From the NCBI GenBank assembly GCA_025998875.1, contig AP024675.1, positions 629,589 to 693,588 of the forward strand: 64,000 bases of DNA, written 5' to 3'. Position numbers and translations under genes: made by a program. The notes beneath the pieces were generated by a model, which was not told the origin of the DNA, did no database searches, and was given only the letters and a program-made list of their open reading frames with translations. The DNA is from Bacteroidota bacterium (GTDB taxonomy: Bacteria > Bacteroidota > Rhodothermia > JANXDC01). Below are positions 38,982 through 49,704 of the stretch, piece after piece; positions within the stretch are counted from its first letter, which is position 1, and the number at the start of each line of letters is the position of its first letter.

Positions 38982-40148
38982 ATGCACGTCGCGGTGATCT
39001 TTGGAGGGGTTTCCGTTGAACACGAGGTCTCCATCCTGACCGGCCTACAGGCCCTGCATGCCCTTCGAGCAAGCAGGCATACGGCCTATCCGCTCTATAT
39101 CGACAAACAGGGGCGGTGGTATACGGGAGAGGCGCTCCGAGAGCTGGAGACCTTTCGGAATCTGGAAGCTCTTGCCCGCAAAGCCGTCTGCGTTGCCCCC
39201 ATACGCACCCCACAGGGAGATGTGGTGGTGCAGGAATTGGATTCTCCCCGTTGGCGCCGGCCGAGGCGCTGGCCCCTGGATGTGGCCCTGCTTGCCCTGC
39301 ACGGCGGGGAAGGAGAAAATGGCGGTCTGCAGGGGCTCCTGGAAACGCTCGATGTGCCTTATACGGGTAGCGGGGTGCTGGGCTCCGCGCTGGGCATGGA
39401 CAAAGTGGTCACCAAGTTCCTCTGCCTGGCTAACCAGCTTCCCGTGCTGCCCTTCGTATGGTTTCGGGAACGGGACTGGGAACACGACCCCGAGCAATAC
39501 CTCCTGCGGGCTGAGGAGCTGGGCTATCCTCTGATCGTCAAGCCCGCCCGGCTGGGATCCAGCATCGGCGTCGGCTGGGCCGAGCATCGCGCCGCGCTGG
39601 AGGAGGCCATTGAGCTCGCCTTCCGCTTCGATGACAAGGTGCTCATCGAACCCGCCCTTAAGGAGCGCCAAGAGGTCAACTGCGCCGTCCTGGGCACTCC
39701 TTCAGCAGCGCGGGTCTCCGTCTGCGAAGAGCCCCTGGGCCTCGATGCGGTGCTTTCGTATACGGACAAATACCTGCGGGGTGATCCCCAGAAGGGCATG
39801 GCCGGCGCTGAGCGTCGTATTCCGGCCGCGATCTCCGCCGAACAGGCCCGTCAGCTCGAAGAGCTCGCCCTGCGAGTTTTCCAGCTCTTTGAGCTTTCTG
39901 GAACGGCCCGGGTGGACTTTCTCATCGACCGGCGCACCGGATCGGTCTATATCAACGAGGTCAACACGATCCCGGGATCGCTGGCCTTTTATCTCTGGGA
40001 ACGATCCGACCTCCCCTTTGTCGAATTGCTGGAACAGCTGATTCGGATCGCGCTGGATCGCTATCGCGTTAAACAGACGCGCACGCGCTCCTATGAAACC
40101 AACCTTCTGGCTCACAAAAGCCAGACAGGACTCAAGTTGCACAAGTAA
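38982..40148 (+). CDS. ddl: D-alanine--D-alanine ligase
   Basis: GGVSVEHEVS, LHGGEGENG, MDK, KPARLGSSIG, ARVDF, NEVNTIPG; ATG 38982. Confidence 0.93.
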   Translation: MHVAVIFGGVSVEHEVSILTGLQALHALRASRHTAYPLYIDKQGRWYTGEALRELETFRNLEALARKAVCVAPIRTPQGDVVVQELDSPRWRRPRRWPLDVALLALHGGEGENGGLQGLLETLDVPYTGSGVLGSALGMDKVVTKFLCLANQLPVLPFVWFRERDWEHDPEQYLLRAEELGYPLIVKPARLGSSIGVGWAEHRAALEEAIELAFRFDDKVLIEPALKERQEVNCAVLGTPSAARVSVCEEPLGLDAVLSYTDKYLRGDPQKGMAGAERRIPAAISAEQARQLEELALRVFQLFELSGTARVDFLIDRRTGSVYINEVNTIPGSLAFYLWERSDLPFVELLEQLIRIALDRYRVKQTRTRSYETNLLAHKSQTGLKLHK

Positions 40149-40181
40149 CCAACACGGCATCGACTCAAGAGGAAAGGCGCA

Positions 40182-40742
40182 ATGCACAGCACACCCGCAT
40201 CTCACATCGAGCTACTGCGTCGAGCCGACGCAAGTCCGGTCATTCAGGTGCTGGGCATCGTGGGCTTTGCCCTGTTGACGACCCTGGGCGCCAAGGTGCG
40301 CCTCTATCTCTGGGAGGTCCCCATCACGTTTCAGACCCTGGGCATACTGGGGGCTGGCCTCTTCCTGGGGGCCCGCAACGGCCTGTTATCTCAGCTGCTG
40401 TACCTGGGCCTGGGTCTGTTTCTGCCCGTCTTTGCCGGCTCGGGATACGGCCCGCTCTATCTGCTGGGTGCGACGGGCGGATATCTGCTTGCCGCTCCTG
40501 TGGCGGCCTATGTGGTGGGCCGGCTAAGCCAGAGCAGGCGATCCTGGTCCGGACTGTTCCTGGCGCTGGTGGCCGGAGGGGGGGTGCTCTTTGGTATCGG
40601 GGTGCCCTGGCTACACTGGGCCGCGGGACATACGGGGTGGTGGGAGTCTCTGGATAAGGGCCTGTTGCGCTTCCTGCCATGGGAAGCGACGAAGTGGCTT
40701 CTGCTGAGCACCCTGTATCGCGCCTTATGCGCCTGGCGATGA
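40182..40742 (+). CDS. bioY: Biotin transporter BioY
   Basis: VPITFQT, YLGLG..LPVFAG, GATGGYL. Confidence 0.9.
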   Translation: MHSTPASHIELLRRADASPVIQVLGIVGFALLTTLGAKVRLYLWEVPITFQTLGILGAGLFLGARNGLLSQLLYLGLGLFLPVFAGSGYGPLYLLGATGGYLLAAPVAAYVVGRLSQSRRSWSGLFLALVAGGGVLFGIGVPWLHWAAGHTGWWESLDKGLLRFLPWEATKWLLLSTLYRALCAWR

Positions 40743-41929
40743 GGCCTCCGCTGTCTCTGCGCTGGAGGGCAGCTGCAGCCGTTCTGCTCACCGTGGGGTT
40801 TTTCTGCCTCCGCGGCGGGGCGCAGCCGCGCTCCATCATGGACGACAGCCTCTTTACCCGCCAGGTGCGCCTGGGCCTAGAACGCCTCTATGATCTCGAC
40901 TTCGCCGGGGCCCAGGCCGCCTTCGAGCCCATCCTGCGGCGCTATCCTGATCATCCCGTACGCGCTTTCCTTCCGGGTCTGCTGGCCTGGTGGCGAGTAC
41001 TGCTGGAATTGGACGTAAGGCAGGATCATGACGAGGCCTTCTTTCGACTCATGGACGAGACCGTTCGGCTGGCCGAGCTTCGCTTGAAGCAGAACCCGAA
41101 CGATCCCGATGGACTCTTCTATCGGGGTACGGCGCTGGGCCTTAAGGCCCGCCTGCTGGCCAACCGGGATCGCTGGCTTCCCTCGCTCTGGGCCGGACGT
41201 CGGGCGCTGGGAGACCTGTTTCGCCTTCTGCGTCTGGATTCAAGCAACGTCGATCTGCGTCTGGGCATCGGGTTGTATCGCTACTACGCCGAGGCCATTC
41301 CCGATCGATATCCCGTCACCCGGCCCTTTGTGTGGCTGTTGCCCTATCCCGGCAACCGCCAGCAGGGGCTGCGGGATCTGGAATGGGTTGCCCGCTATGG
41401 CCTCTATACGCGCACAGAAGCGGCCTACTTTCTGACCATGATCTTCATCGAATACGAACAGTCCCCGGCCCGGGCCCTGCCGTACGTGCGCGCCCTGCGA
41501 GAGCGGTATCCCAACAATGCCCTTTTTCACCGCCTGGAGGCCTATGTGCTGTTCTCTAGCGGGGACTGGGAGGGGGCAACAACAAGCTATCGCGGTATTT
41601 GGGCGCGCTACGGACAGGGACGCTTCGGCTATCATGTCCGCATGGCCCAGGAAGCCCGCTACCAGCTGGCCCAGATCGCCCTGCGATCCGGCCGCCTCGA
41701 GGAGGCGCTCGAAGGCTTTCAGGAGACCGAACGATTGGCTGCCGAACGAGAACCGGACTCTCCCTATCGCATCCTGGCCCGGTTACATCAGGGCATGACG
41801 CTCGATCTGATGGGAAGGCGTCAGGAAGCGCTTGCGCAGTACCGTAGCGTGCTCCGCATGCCCGATCAGGCCGGGGCCCATCGGCGAGCCCGCCGCTACC
41901 TGCAACAGCCCTATGGAAGCGGCGCATAA
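40739..41929 (+). CDS. Exported tetratricopeptide-repeat protein
   Basis: Signal peptide and TPR-like helical repeats; ATGA overlap with bioY stop. Confidence 0.75.
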   Translation: MRPPLSLRWRAAAAVLLTVGFFCLRGGAQPRSIMDDSLFTRQVRLGLERLYDLDFAGAQAAFEPILRRYPDHPVRAFLPGLLAWWRVLLELDVRQDHDEAFFRLMDETVRLAELRLKQNPNDPDGLFYRGTALGLKARLLANRDRWLPSLWAGRRALGDLFRLLRLDSSNVDLRLGIGLYRYYAEAIPDRYPVTRPFVWLLPYPGNRQQGLRDLEWVARYGLYTRTEAAYFLTMIFIEYEQSPARALPYVRALRERYPNNALFHRLEAYVLFSSGDWEGATTSYRGIWARYGQGRFGYHVRMAQEARYQLAQIALRSGRLEEALEGFQETERLAAEREPDSPYRILARLHQGMTLDLMGRRQEALAQYRSVLRMPDQAGAHRRARRYLQQPYGSGA

Positions 41930-42012
41930 ATTTTTCACAGCTTCTCCGCTTGCGAATACGCTGCTGTCGCGCTAGCATAGCATCACCCTCAAAAAACCGA
42001 CGAGGAGGTGTC

Positions 42013-42942
42013 ATGATCCCCCGCCGCATTCTGGTGCCCACGGACCTGTCGGAAAACGCCGCGCGCGCCTATCCCTATGCTCGCTCTCTTGCCGAGCGCT
42101 TTGCGGCCCGCGTGGATCTGCTGCATATTATCCCCTCGACGGAAGCGCTCTCCCTGTCTCTGGTGCGCTCGGAGGCCTCCTTTGCGTGGTCCAAGGACCT
42201 CTATTCTCTGCTTCAGGCTGAGCGGCAGGAACAACTCGACAGGATCGCCCGGGAAAGCTTCCCGGAAGTCCTCGGGGAAACCCGCATCGCCATAGGCAAA
42301 CCCGATACGGCGCTGCTGGAAACGATCCATGCCGGACACTATGACCTGATCGTCATGGGCACGCGCGGGGGAGACGGGGTCTCTGTCGGAGCGGGAGCGA
42401 CAGCCGAACGGATCCTGCGGCGGGCTCATGTGCCCGTGCTGGCCGTGCCTCCGCATGCTCCGGTACCCCCCCGATGGGAACGCATCCTCTATCCGACGGA
42501 TTTCTCCGAGCTTTCGCGGGCCGCCTTACCCTGGGCGCTGTTGCTGGCCGAGGCCTTCTCAGGCACGGTGATCTTCTTCCACATGCTTTACCTGGGAGAG
42601 GACCCGCGCGTGGTCGAAAAAGCTCCCTCCGAGGCGGAGCTGGAGGCGATGCGCCAGCGGTTGCACGAACACATCCGGGCTGAACACCATGTAGAATCTG
42701 AGGAAAGCCTGCGGCGCAACCGACAATCCCCTCCGGTGCGCTTCGAGCGCGTCTTCGTGCGGGGCTATGCGGCCTATGATGAGATCGTACAGTATGCCGA
42801 TGAGGGAGCCGACCTGATCGTCATGAGCACCCACGGCCGCACGGGGCTGGCCTATCTGCTCCTGGGCAGCACGGCCGAGAAGGTGCTCCAGCACAGCCGC
42901 AAACCCGTCTTGCTCATTCGCCCCGAACGGGTTCGCTCCTAA
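42013..42942 (+). CDS. Tandem universal stress protein
   Basis: Two USP domains: [18 protein letters not shown] and [37 protein letters not shown]. Confidence 0.93.
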   Translation: MIPRRILVPTDLSENAARAYPYARSLAERFAARVDLLHIIPSTEALSLSLVRSEASFAWSKDLYSLLQAERQEQLDRIARESFPEVLGETRIAIGKPDTALLETIHAGHYDLIVMGTRGGDGVSVGAGATAERILRRAHVPVLAVPPHAPVPPRWERILYPTDFSELSRAALPWALLLAEAFSGTVIFFHMLYLGEDPRVVEKAPSEAELEAMRQRLHEHIRAEHHVESEESLRRNRQSPPVRFERVFVRGYAAYDEIVQYADEGADLIVMSTHGRTGLAYLLLGSTAEKVLQHSRKPVLLIRPERVRS

Positions 42943-43984
42943 CCCAGCGCCATCGAGCCCGACGCAGCGAGGGGATATCCGGGGAGCCGGTCAAAAACAT
43001 AGCCGCCCGCAGCTGCCAGTGCAACTCCTCGGCGTATCGCTCAAGAGCCCTCCTGCCCCCACGAGCCAGCGCCTGCAGAAACGGCCGGGCGATACCGACC
43101 AGATGCGCCCCGAGGGCGAGGCATTTGGCCACCTCAAGCCCGTTGGTGATGCCTCCGGAGGCGATGATCGTAACCTCTGACCCTGCGACGGAGGCGGCCT
43201 CCTGCAGGGCTATGGCCGTCGGAATGCCCCAGTTGCGAAATACCCATCCCGGCCCATCGGGTTCGCCCCTGCGCAGCAGCTCTACAGCCGCCCAGCTTGT
43301 GCCCCCCGCGCCGGAGATGTCCACGATCCGCACGCCCACTTCCAGAAGGCGCCGCACTACTTCTCCGGAAAGCCCGGCTCCAGTTTCCTTGACGATAACG
43401 GGCACCTGGAGCGCGCCCACGATTCGCTCGATTTGCCGCAACACGCCCCGGAAGCGGGGTGTGCCCTCCGGTTGCAGGAGCTCCTGAAGCGGGTTCAGGT
43501 GCACCGCCAGCGCATCGGCCTCGATGGCCTCCACCAAACGACGAAGCATCTCCACATCCAGCCCTGCGGCCAGCTCCGCGGCCCCGATATTGCCGATAAG
43601 GGGAATCGAAGGGGCGCGACGCCGCACCACGCGATACGTCTCCCATTGCGCGGGATCCTCGAGAGCCGCCCGCTGGCTTCCCACCCCGAGGGGGATGCGA
43701 AAAGCCTCGCAAAACTCCGCCAGCTGTTCGTTGACCGTCCCCCCTTCCGGAAACCCGCCCGTCATGGCAGAGACCAGTACAGGCATATGGATCGGGCGAC
43801 CCAGAAACTCGGTCTCCGTACTGACCTCATCGAAGTCCAGCTCCGGAAGCGCACAGTGGATGAGCTCTATCGCCTCCAGACCCGTGGACTTTTCATACGC
43901 GACCGGACCGGAAATACATAACTGCAGGTGATCGGCCTTGCGGCTTACTGTTCTAGAAGGGGACTTTTCCTGAGGTGCCGGCAT
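42914..43984 (-). CDS. fni: Type 2 isopentenyl-diphosphate isomerase
   Basis: RKADH, AMTGG, GVGSQR, HLNPLQE, KETG, GAGGTSW. Confidence 0.95.
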   Translation of the reverse strand: MPAPQEKSPSRTVSRKADHLQLCISGPVAYEKSTGLEAIELIHCALPELDFDEVSTETEFLGRPIHMPVLVSAMTGGFPEGGTVNEQLAEFCEAFRIPLGVGSQRAALEDPAQWETYRVVRRRAPSIPLIGNIGAAELAAGLDVEMLRRLVEAIEADALAVHLNPLQELLQPEGTPRFRGVLRQIERIVGALQVPVIVKETGAGLSGEVVRRLLEVGVRIVDISGAGGTSWAAVELLRRGEPDGPGWVFRNWGIPTAIALQEAASVAGSEVTIIASGGITNGLEVAKCLALGAHLVGIARPFLQALARGGRRALERYAEELHWQLRAAMFLTGSPDIPSLRRARWRWVRSEPVRGE

Positions 43985-43998
43985 TGCTCTCGATCATG

Positions 43999-44664
43999 CT
44001 ACATGGTGGCTAACGCCGGGCGCCCCTCCAGAAGTTTCACAATCCGCCGGTGCACTTCCTCCACCTCCCCCAATCCGCTGACACGGTGCAGAAGCCCATT
44101 GGTGGCATAGTAGGCTTTCACGGGTTCGGTCTGGGCCTCGTATACGGCCAGCCGCCGGGCGATGGCCTCCGGACGATCATCCGGACGTTGAATAATGGGT
44201 CCTTTTCCGCAGACCGGACAGCGGCCATCCTCCGGGGGTGGCCGGAAGGTCAAATGAAAGGTCTCCCCGCAGGCATCGCAGATACGCCGCTGGGAGAGGC
44301 GCCAGATGATCTCCTCGGCAGGCACTTCCAAGCTGATGACCGCCTGCAAGGGCAGATGCAGGCGGGCCAGTAAACGACCCAGCGCCTCAGCCTGCGCTAC
44401 GGTGCGGGGAAATCCGTCAAGCACAAAACGGCCATTCTTCAATCGACGCAGCCGGCGCTCCACCATGCCGATTACGAGCTCGTCGGGTACGAGCATGCCC
44501 TGCTCCATGTAGCGCCGCACCTCCCGGCCCAGCGGGGTCTCCTGATGTACCTCCTCTCGAAGCATATCGCCGGTGGCGATAATCGTGGCCTGATAGCGTT
44601 CACGCAGGAGCTTCGACTGGGTACCTTTGCCCGCCCCCGGCGGACCGAAGAGGACAATACGCAT
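43999..44664 (-). CDS. adk: Adenylate kinase with Zn-binding lid
   Basis: GPPGAGKGTQ, TGDMLR, LDGFPRT, lid CDAC..CPVC; ATG 44664. Confidence 0.96.
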   Translation of the reverse strand: MRIVLFGPPGAGKGTQSKLLRERYQATIIATGDMLREEVHQETPLGREVRRYMEQGMLVPDELVIGMVERRLRRLKNGRFVLDGFPRTVAQAEALGRLLARLHLPLQAVISLEVPAEEIIWRLSQRRICDACGETFHLTFRPPPEDGRCPVCGKGPIIQRPDDRPEAIARRLAVYEAQTEPVKAYYATNGLLHRVSGLGEVEEVHRRIVKLLEGRPALATM

Positions 44665-44783
44665 AGACGGCTTCCTTCCCGCTGGCCGCTTTTGTGGGGT
44701 AATAGACCGACCGCGCACAGGATAGATGATGGACTATCGGAAAATACGCAACCCCGGGGGCAAGCGCAATGCGAAAAACGGGT

Positions 44784-44945
44784 AAAAAATCAGTCGGGTC
44801 CCCCTGTAGGTGGAGAACCCGACCGTTTGCCCCCATAACCCCCAAACCCCATTGGCGGTCATCGCGGACATACTCAAGCATCGTGCCGGTTCGGATTCCG
44901 GCGCCTTCAAGGGATTCTCGGCCCACCCTCTCCCGAAGTGAGACT
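44784..44945 (-). ncRNA. Candidate structured RNA ending in an intrinsic terminator (family unassigned)
   Basis: 14-bp terminator stem (44791-44825) with G.U pairs valid only on the minus strand plus AUUUUUU; an internal hairpin; long-range complementarity between 44911-44936 and 44794-44820. Confidence 0.4.
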
Positions 44946-44950
44946 CATCC

Positions 44951-45376
44951 TCAACGCAACAGACGCGCGGAAAGCACCAGCGCCGTTACCGTGCGCTCAA
45001 TCTCTGGGATACGCTGAATGGCGGTGATAACGCGCTCCAGTTCCTCCGGCGTGCGGGCCTCGATACGAATCAGATAATCTGTAGCCCCCGTTACGCTGTA
45101 CAGCTCCACCACCTCGGGCATGCCCTCTAGGCGCTTTGCCAGCGCATCGGTATCCAACCGGGTCACCACCTGCACGAAAGCGGTCTGAAGCGGCCCGAGC
45201 TTTTCCCTTGCGATCACGGCACGATAGCCCTGAATATATCCTTCCCGCTCCAGCCGCTTGACGCGCTGATGCACCGATGGCGGGCTCAGGTCAATGGCCT
45301 CGGCGATCTCCCGATACGTGGCCCGGCCATGGCGCTCCAGGTAATGCAGGATTTTGAAGTCGATTTCGTCCAACAT
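44951..45376 (-). CDS. Lrp/AsnC family transcriptional regulator
   Basis: MLDEIDFKILHYLERHGR HTH, RVKRLEREGYI, EVVELYSVTGATDY; ATG 45376. Confidence 0.92.
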   Translation of the reverse strand: MLDEIDFKILHYLERHGRATYREIAEAIDLSPPSVHQRVKRLEREGYIQGYRAVIAREKLGPLQTAFVQVVTRLDTDALAKRLEGMPEVVELYSVTGATDYLIRIEARTPEELERVITAIQRIPEIERTVTALVLSARLLR

Positions 45377-45549
45377 ACCCGATACGCCCCGCCATCGGTG
45401 TGCAGGGAAAATACGGTAACCCGAAAACTTCTCACCACCGGGGCCAAAATTACCCCCTTTCTGGACCGGAGGGGCGATTTCGGGCATATCCGGAGGGTGG
45501 AACAGGCTTTGCTTGCCCGGAAAAGACGAAACCTATACTTTCGCCCCAC

Positions 45550-46782
45550 ATGCGCCCTCATTGCCTCTATATGCTCCTGCTCCCTGCCGCCCTGTGGTTC
45601 TACCTCCTGCCGGCGGAGCAGGCCAGCGCGCAATCAGCCATCCTGTCGCAGATCACCGTTCACCCCCGTCAGGATGGCCAGGGCTACGTGGTGCGTCTGC
45701 ACACGAACCGGCTGCCTGCGCGCTATAGCTGGAAGCAGGAAACCGAAGGGCGCATTCGGATTTTCCTTGCCGGCGTGCGCCTGCGCCCGGGCTTCCGCAC
45801 CCCACCGGGTCACGGCATTGTACGCCACATCCGGATCAGCCCCTATGCCCGGGGGGTAGAGGTGACGCTCCTGCTCGACGAAGCCCGACCCGCCCAGGCC
45901 GCCCTGTATCCGGATGCGGCGCGGCCCCATCTGCTGCTGGGCCTCACCCTTCAAGCTTCTCCTACACCGGCGGTGCGGGCCCAACCTGTTTCCATCGCCG
46001 CGCCCCCTGCCCGCCAGGACACCACTCCGGCTCCCTCCCCATCGGAATCCTCCAAAACCCGCTGGCGCCTGGATATCGTTGCCATAGACGCCGGGCACGG
46101 AGGCGACGACGCCGGGGCTGTCTATTACGGAGTCCGAGAAAAAGACGTCACCCTGGCTATCGCGCTGCGCCTGGGCCGCATGCTGGAGGAGGAACTGGGC
46201 CTCAAGGTGGTCTATACGCGCACAGATGACCGCGCCGTGGATCTGTACCGGCGGGGGCAGATCGCCAACGAATCGGGAGCCAAGCTGTTTATCAGCATCC
46301 ACTGCAACGTCTCGCCGAGCTCCTCGCGGGTCAAGGGAACGGAGACCTACTTCATGGGGCTACACAAGACGGAAGAAGCCCGGCGCGTGATGGAGCGGGA
46401 GAACGCGGTCATCCGGCTGGAAGCCGACCCGAACCGTTACAAGGACTTTACCGAGGAACAGATCATTATCCACATGCTGGCGCAGAGCGCCTTTCTGCGG
46501 GAATCTGAGCGTCTGGCCGAACTGGTGGAGAAAGCCTTTGCCGCTCAGGGACGCCCAAGCCGAGGGGTCAAGCAGGCCGGATTTGTGGTACTCTGGCGCC
46601 CTTCCATGCCCAGTATCCTGGTGGAGACGGGTTTTCTGAGCAACCCGCAGGAAGCCCGCTTTCTGGCCAGCCCGGAAGGTCAGGAAATCATAGCCCGAGC
46701 GATCTTCAAAGCCGTCCAGCAGTACAAGCAACGCTACGAGAAGGCGCTCGAGGCCAGTTTCGCCACAACAAGCGGCCAGTGA
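45550..46782 (+). CDS. N-acetylmuramoyl-L-alanine amidase (Amidase_3, AMIN-like N-terminus)
   Basis: Signal peptide, IDAGHGG, EKDVTL, ISIHCN, PSILVETGF; start 45550 or 45571. Confidence 0.92.
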   Translation: MRPHCLYMLLLPAALWFYLLPAEQASAQSAILSQITVHPRQDGQGYVVRLHTNRLPARYSWKQETEGRIRIFLAGVRLRPGFRTPPGHGIVRHIRISPYARGVEVTLLLDEARPAQAALYPDAARPHLLLGLTLQASPTPAVRAQPVSIAAPPARQDTTPAPSPSESSKTRWRLDIVAIDAGHGGDDAGAVYYGVREKDVTLAIALRLGRMLEEELGLKVVYTRTDDRAVDLYRRGQIANESGAKLFISIHCNVSPSSSRVKGTETYFMGLHKTEEARRVMERENAVIRLEADPNRYKDFTEEQIIIHMLAQSAFLRESERLAELVEKAFAAQGRPSRGVKQAGFVVLWRPSMPSILVETGFLSNPQEARFLASPEGQEIIARAIFKAVQQYKQRYEKALEASFATTSGQ

Positions 46783-47420
46783 AACCCATCGTGATCGGCA
46801 TCGCCGGCGGCAGCGGGGCCGGCAAGAGCACCGTGATCGGCAAGATCATCCAGGCCTTTGGCCAGGAGCATATTGCGCTTCTGGAACACGATCATTACTA
46901 CAAAGACCTCGCCCAACACCCTGTTCAGGATCCCGCCAAGATCAACTTTGATCACCCCAGCGCGCTGGAAACAGAGCTGCTCATCGAGCACCTGCGGGAG
47001 CTCAAAGCGGGGCACCCGATCCAGCGGCCCATCTACAACTTCACCACGCATCGGCGCCTGCCCGATACGGTGCGCATCGAACCCCGGGATGTGATCATCG
47101 TCGACGGCATTCTGATCTTCGCCGACCGAACGTTGCGCTCGCTTCTGGACATCAAGATTTTCATCGACACCCCCGCGGATATCCGACTGATCCGGCGTAT
47201 CCGACGGGATATCCTGCAGCGAGGCCGCTCTCTGGAATCCATTCTCCACCAGTACGAGACCACCGTGCGGCCCATGCATTATGAGTTCGTAGAGCCGAGC
47301 AAGGAGTATGCGGACATCATTATCCCGCGGGGCGGGGAAAACGAGGTGGCCATCGAGCTGGTGATCTCCCGTATCCGAACCCTGCTTATGGACCGCACCG
47401 CTCAGGAGACAGCCGGCTGA
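46779..47420 (+). CDS. udk: Uridine kinase
   Basis: GIAGGSGAGKST, DHYY, NFDHP, RLIRRIRRD, YADIIIP. Confidence 0.95.
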   Translation: MKPIVIGIAGGSGAGKSTVIGKIIQAFGQEHIALLEHDHYYKDLAQHPVQDPAKINFDHPSALETELLIEHLRELKAGHPIQRPIYNFTTHRRLPDTVRIEPRDVIIVDGILIFADRTLRSLLDIKIFIDTPADIRLIRRIRRDILQRGRSLESILHQYETTVRPMHYEFVEPSKEYADIIIPRGGENEVAIELVISRIRTLLMDRTAQETAG

Positions 47421-48190
47421 GCCTCGGCCACCGCAGTCTCCGCCGGCGTATTGAGCGTCATGATCAGCCGCACGCCGTGCAGTACCAGATGGGGATCGTG
47501 CTCGTCCACAGGCAGGTACTGGGACAGAAAGGCCGACCAGCCGCCGGTCAGGATCACCTTGGAGTCCACCTTAAGATGCTTGCGAATGCGCTGCACAAGG
47601 CCCGTGACCAGATCGATGGTCCCGTAGAGCACCCCGACCTGAATACAGGCCTGCGTGGAGCGGCCAACAGGGTATCGGGGCAACTGCAGATTGACCTCGG
47701 GCAAAAGAGCGGTATCCTGATGCAGGGAGCGCAGGATGAGCTCCAGCCCCGCCGTAATCGCGCCGCCCAGAAAAACCCCCTGCTCATCGACCACGTTGAA
47801 GGTGAGCGCTGTGCCGGCGTCAACGACGATGACAGCCTGTCGATGCCGATTGAAGGCCGCCGCGGCCCCGCAGAGCCGATCCATGCCCAGCGTCTCCGGA
47901 GTGTGGTAGCCCATCTGCACGGGTAGCTTCAGCTTGTGGTGCACCACCAGGGGGGATTGACCGGTGGCCCCCTGAATGGCCTCGCTCATCACCCCCGTCA
48001 GAGCCGGAACCACGGAGACGAGCCCGGCCCGCTCCACAGGGCGCCCCGCTATTCCCTCGCGCAACCAGTCCAGATAGGCCGAAACCGGGGCGCTGGCATC
48101 GGTTCGCCGCTGAAAAGTATGTACCAGGCGATAGCCGTCGAAGAGCCCCCCGACAATGGTTGAGTTACCGATATCCACAGTGAGCCACAT
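47402..48190 (-). CDS. coaX: Type III pantothenate kinase
   Basis: VDIGNS, SVVP, LGMDR, VDAGTALT, GGAI, LTGG. Confidence 0.94.
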   Translation of the reverse strand: MWLTVDIGNSTIVGGLFDGYRLVHTFQRRTDASAPVSAYLDWLREGIAGRPVERAGLVSVVPALTGVMSEAIQGATGQSPLVVHHKLKLPVQMGYHTPETLGMDRLCGAAAAFNRHRQAVIVVDAGTALTFNVVDEQGVFLGGAITAGLELILRSLHQDTALLPEVNLQLPRYPVGRSTQACIQVGVLYGTIDLVTGLVQRIRKHLKVDSKVILTGGWSAFLSQYLPVDEHDPHLVLHGVRLIMTLNTPAETAVAEAQPAVS

Positions 48191-48980
48191 AGCCCGATCC
48201 TCCGATTGTCACCTCTGCGGCATAGACGGAAATCTGCTCGTCGGCTCGCGTTCGAATGCGCAACGCTCCGTCCGGAGCCAGGCCGAGAAGCAATCCCTCC
48301 TGAGGGGCTTGCTCGGGCAGACGCTGAATCCAGGCCCACGTGCCCAGAAGGGCCATACGGGCCTCATAGGCCCGCCGCAGGGCCTCCGGCTGTCCCTGTG
48401 TGAGCGCCTCCCACCAGAACTCCAGACGCCCCAGCAAAGCGGCCAGCAGGAGCTCGCGCTCTATCCAACGCCCCGTCTCACAATACAGCGAGGTGGCGCG
48501 CCAGGCCAGCTCCTGGGGGAAAGCCTCTTCGTTCACGTTCACCCCGATACCCGCTATCAGACAGGCCCCGCTTGATTCAATCAACACCCCGGCCACCTTG
48601 CGCCCATTGAGCCAGACATCGTTGGGCCACTTGAGCCGAACCTCATGCCCCGGAACCTGCCCCTCAATGGCCTCAGCCACGGCCAACCCACAGGCCAGCG
48701 CATACCAACCCGGCGGAACCGGGGCCGGTCGCAGAAGCACGGAGGCGAGCACGTTGCGACCAGGAGAAGCCAACCAGGACCGCCCCAACCTTCCCCGACC
48801 CGCCCGCTGATAATCGGCCACAACCAACGCCCCCTCCGGAGCCCCTTCTTCGGCCCAGAGACGCAGAGCCGTATTGGTCGAGTCCAGCTCAGGTACATAG
48901 CGCCAGGCCCGACCCAGGTATCGCGTCTGCAGCGCCTGCTGGAAGCGCTCCGGTTGCCAGTACACACCACAGGTGGCCAT
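48165..48980 (-). CDS. birA: Biotin--[acetyl-CoA carboxylase] ligase, no HTH domain
   Basis: DSTN, QRAGRGRLGRSW, KWPND, KVAGVLIE, GIGVNVN; start uncertain (ATG 48980). Confidence 0.92.
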   Translation of the reverse strand: MATCGVYWQPERFQQALQTRYLGRAWRYVPELDSTNTALRLWAEEGAPEGALVVADYQRAGRGRLGRSWLASPGRNVLASVLLRPAPVPPGWYALACGLAVAEAIEGQVPGHEVRLKWPNDVWLNGRKVAGVLIESSGACLIAGIGVNVNEEAFPQELAWRATSLYCETGRWIERELLLAALLGRLEFWWEALTQGQPEALRRAYEARMALLGTWAWIQRLPEQAPQEGLLLGLAPDGALRIRTRADEQISVYAAEVTIGGSGYVAHCGYR

Positions 48981-49050
48981 TTTAGGTCGCGGGAAAATAA
49001 CTTCATAAAAACCGAAAGTCAATCCATTTCACCATATAGCCATATTTAAA

Positions 49051-49704
49051 ATGAAAAATTGGATCTTCTGGGTAGGCTTTCTGCTAGCTATATGGGGCCA
49101 GGCCTCCCCTCCCCTCCTGGCGCAGGGGGCCGATGAAGAGCTTTCCCGGGTCCGAACGGCTATCGAAGCGGGCCGCTGGATCGAAGCGCGGGCCCGTCTG
49201 GAGCGCCTGATCCGAGAAAGACCGGAATGGCCAGAGGCGCGCCTGATGAGAATGGAGGTCTACCTGCGGCTCGGGATGCTGGAAGAAGCCGAACAGGAAG
49301 GAAATGCCCTGCGCAGCTGGGGCGAGAATCGTCCCGATTTCTGGACCCTGCTTGGCGATGTGTATGCAGCCCACGGCCGATGGGATGCGGCCTACGAGGC
49401 CTATCAGCAGGGCAGAGAGCGGGACCCGCAGAACCGGACGCTGTTGCTGCGCCTGGGCCACGCTGCGCTCTGGATCGAAGCCTTTGAGCCCGCACGACAG
49501 GCCTTCGAAGCCGTTCTCCGGACCCGGCCCACCGATCCGGAAGCCCATTATGGGCTGGCCCGTCTGGAGGCGCTGCGCGGACGGCCGGAAGCGGCTCTGG
49601 CGCATCTGCGGATCTGTTTCGAGCAGGGCTGGATCCAACCCGACGCAATCCGCAATGACCCCGTCTTCGCCGCCGTGGTCCGGCTTCCCGGTTTCCCTCG
49701 TTAG
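49051..49704 (+). CDS. Exported tetratricopeptide-repeat protein
   Basis: Signal peptide; TPR patterns LLGDVY..G.WDAAY, EAHYGLA. Confidence 0.8.
   Translation: MKNWIFWVGFLLAIWGQASPPLLAQGADEELSRVRTAIEAGRWIEARARLERLIRERPEWPEARLMRMEVYLRLGMLEEAEQEGNALRSWGENRPDFWTLLGDVYAAHGRWDAAYEAYQQGRERDPQNRTLLLRLGHAALWIEAFEPARQAFEAVLRTRPTDPEAHYGLARLEALRGRPEAALAHLRICFEQGWIQPDAIRNDPVFAAVVRLPGFPR

Noticed and set aside
44885..44902. tRNA-like T-arm GCCGG-TTCGGATT-CCGGC on the plus strand
   Set aside because: 8-nt loop and no acceptor, D or anticodon arms; treated as part of the structured intergenic candidate
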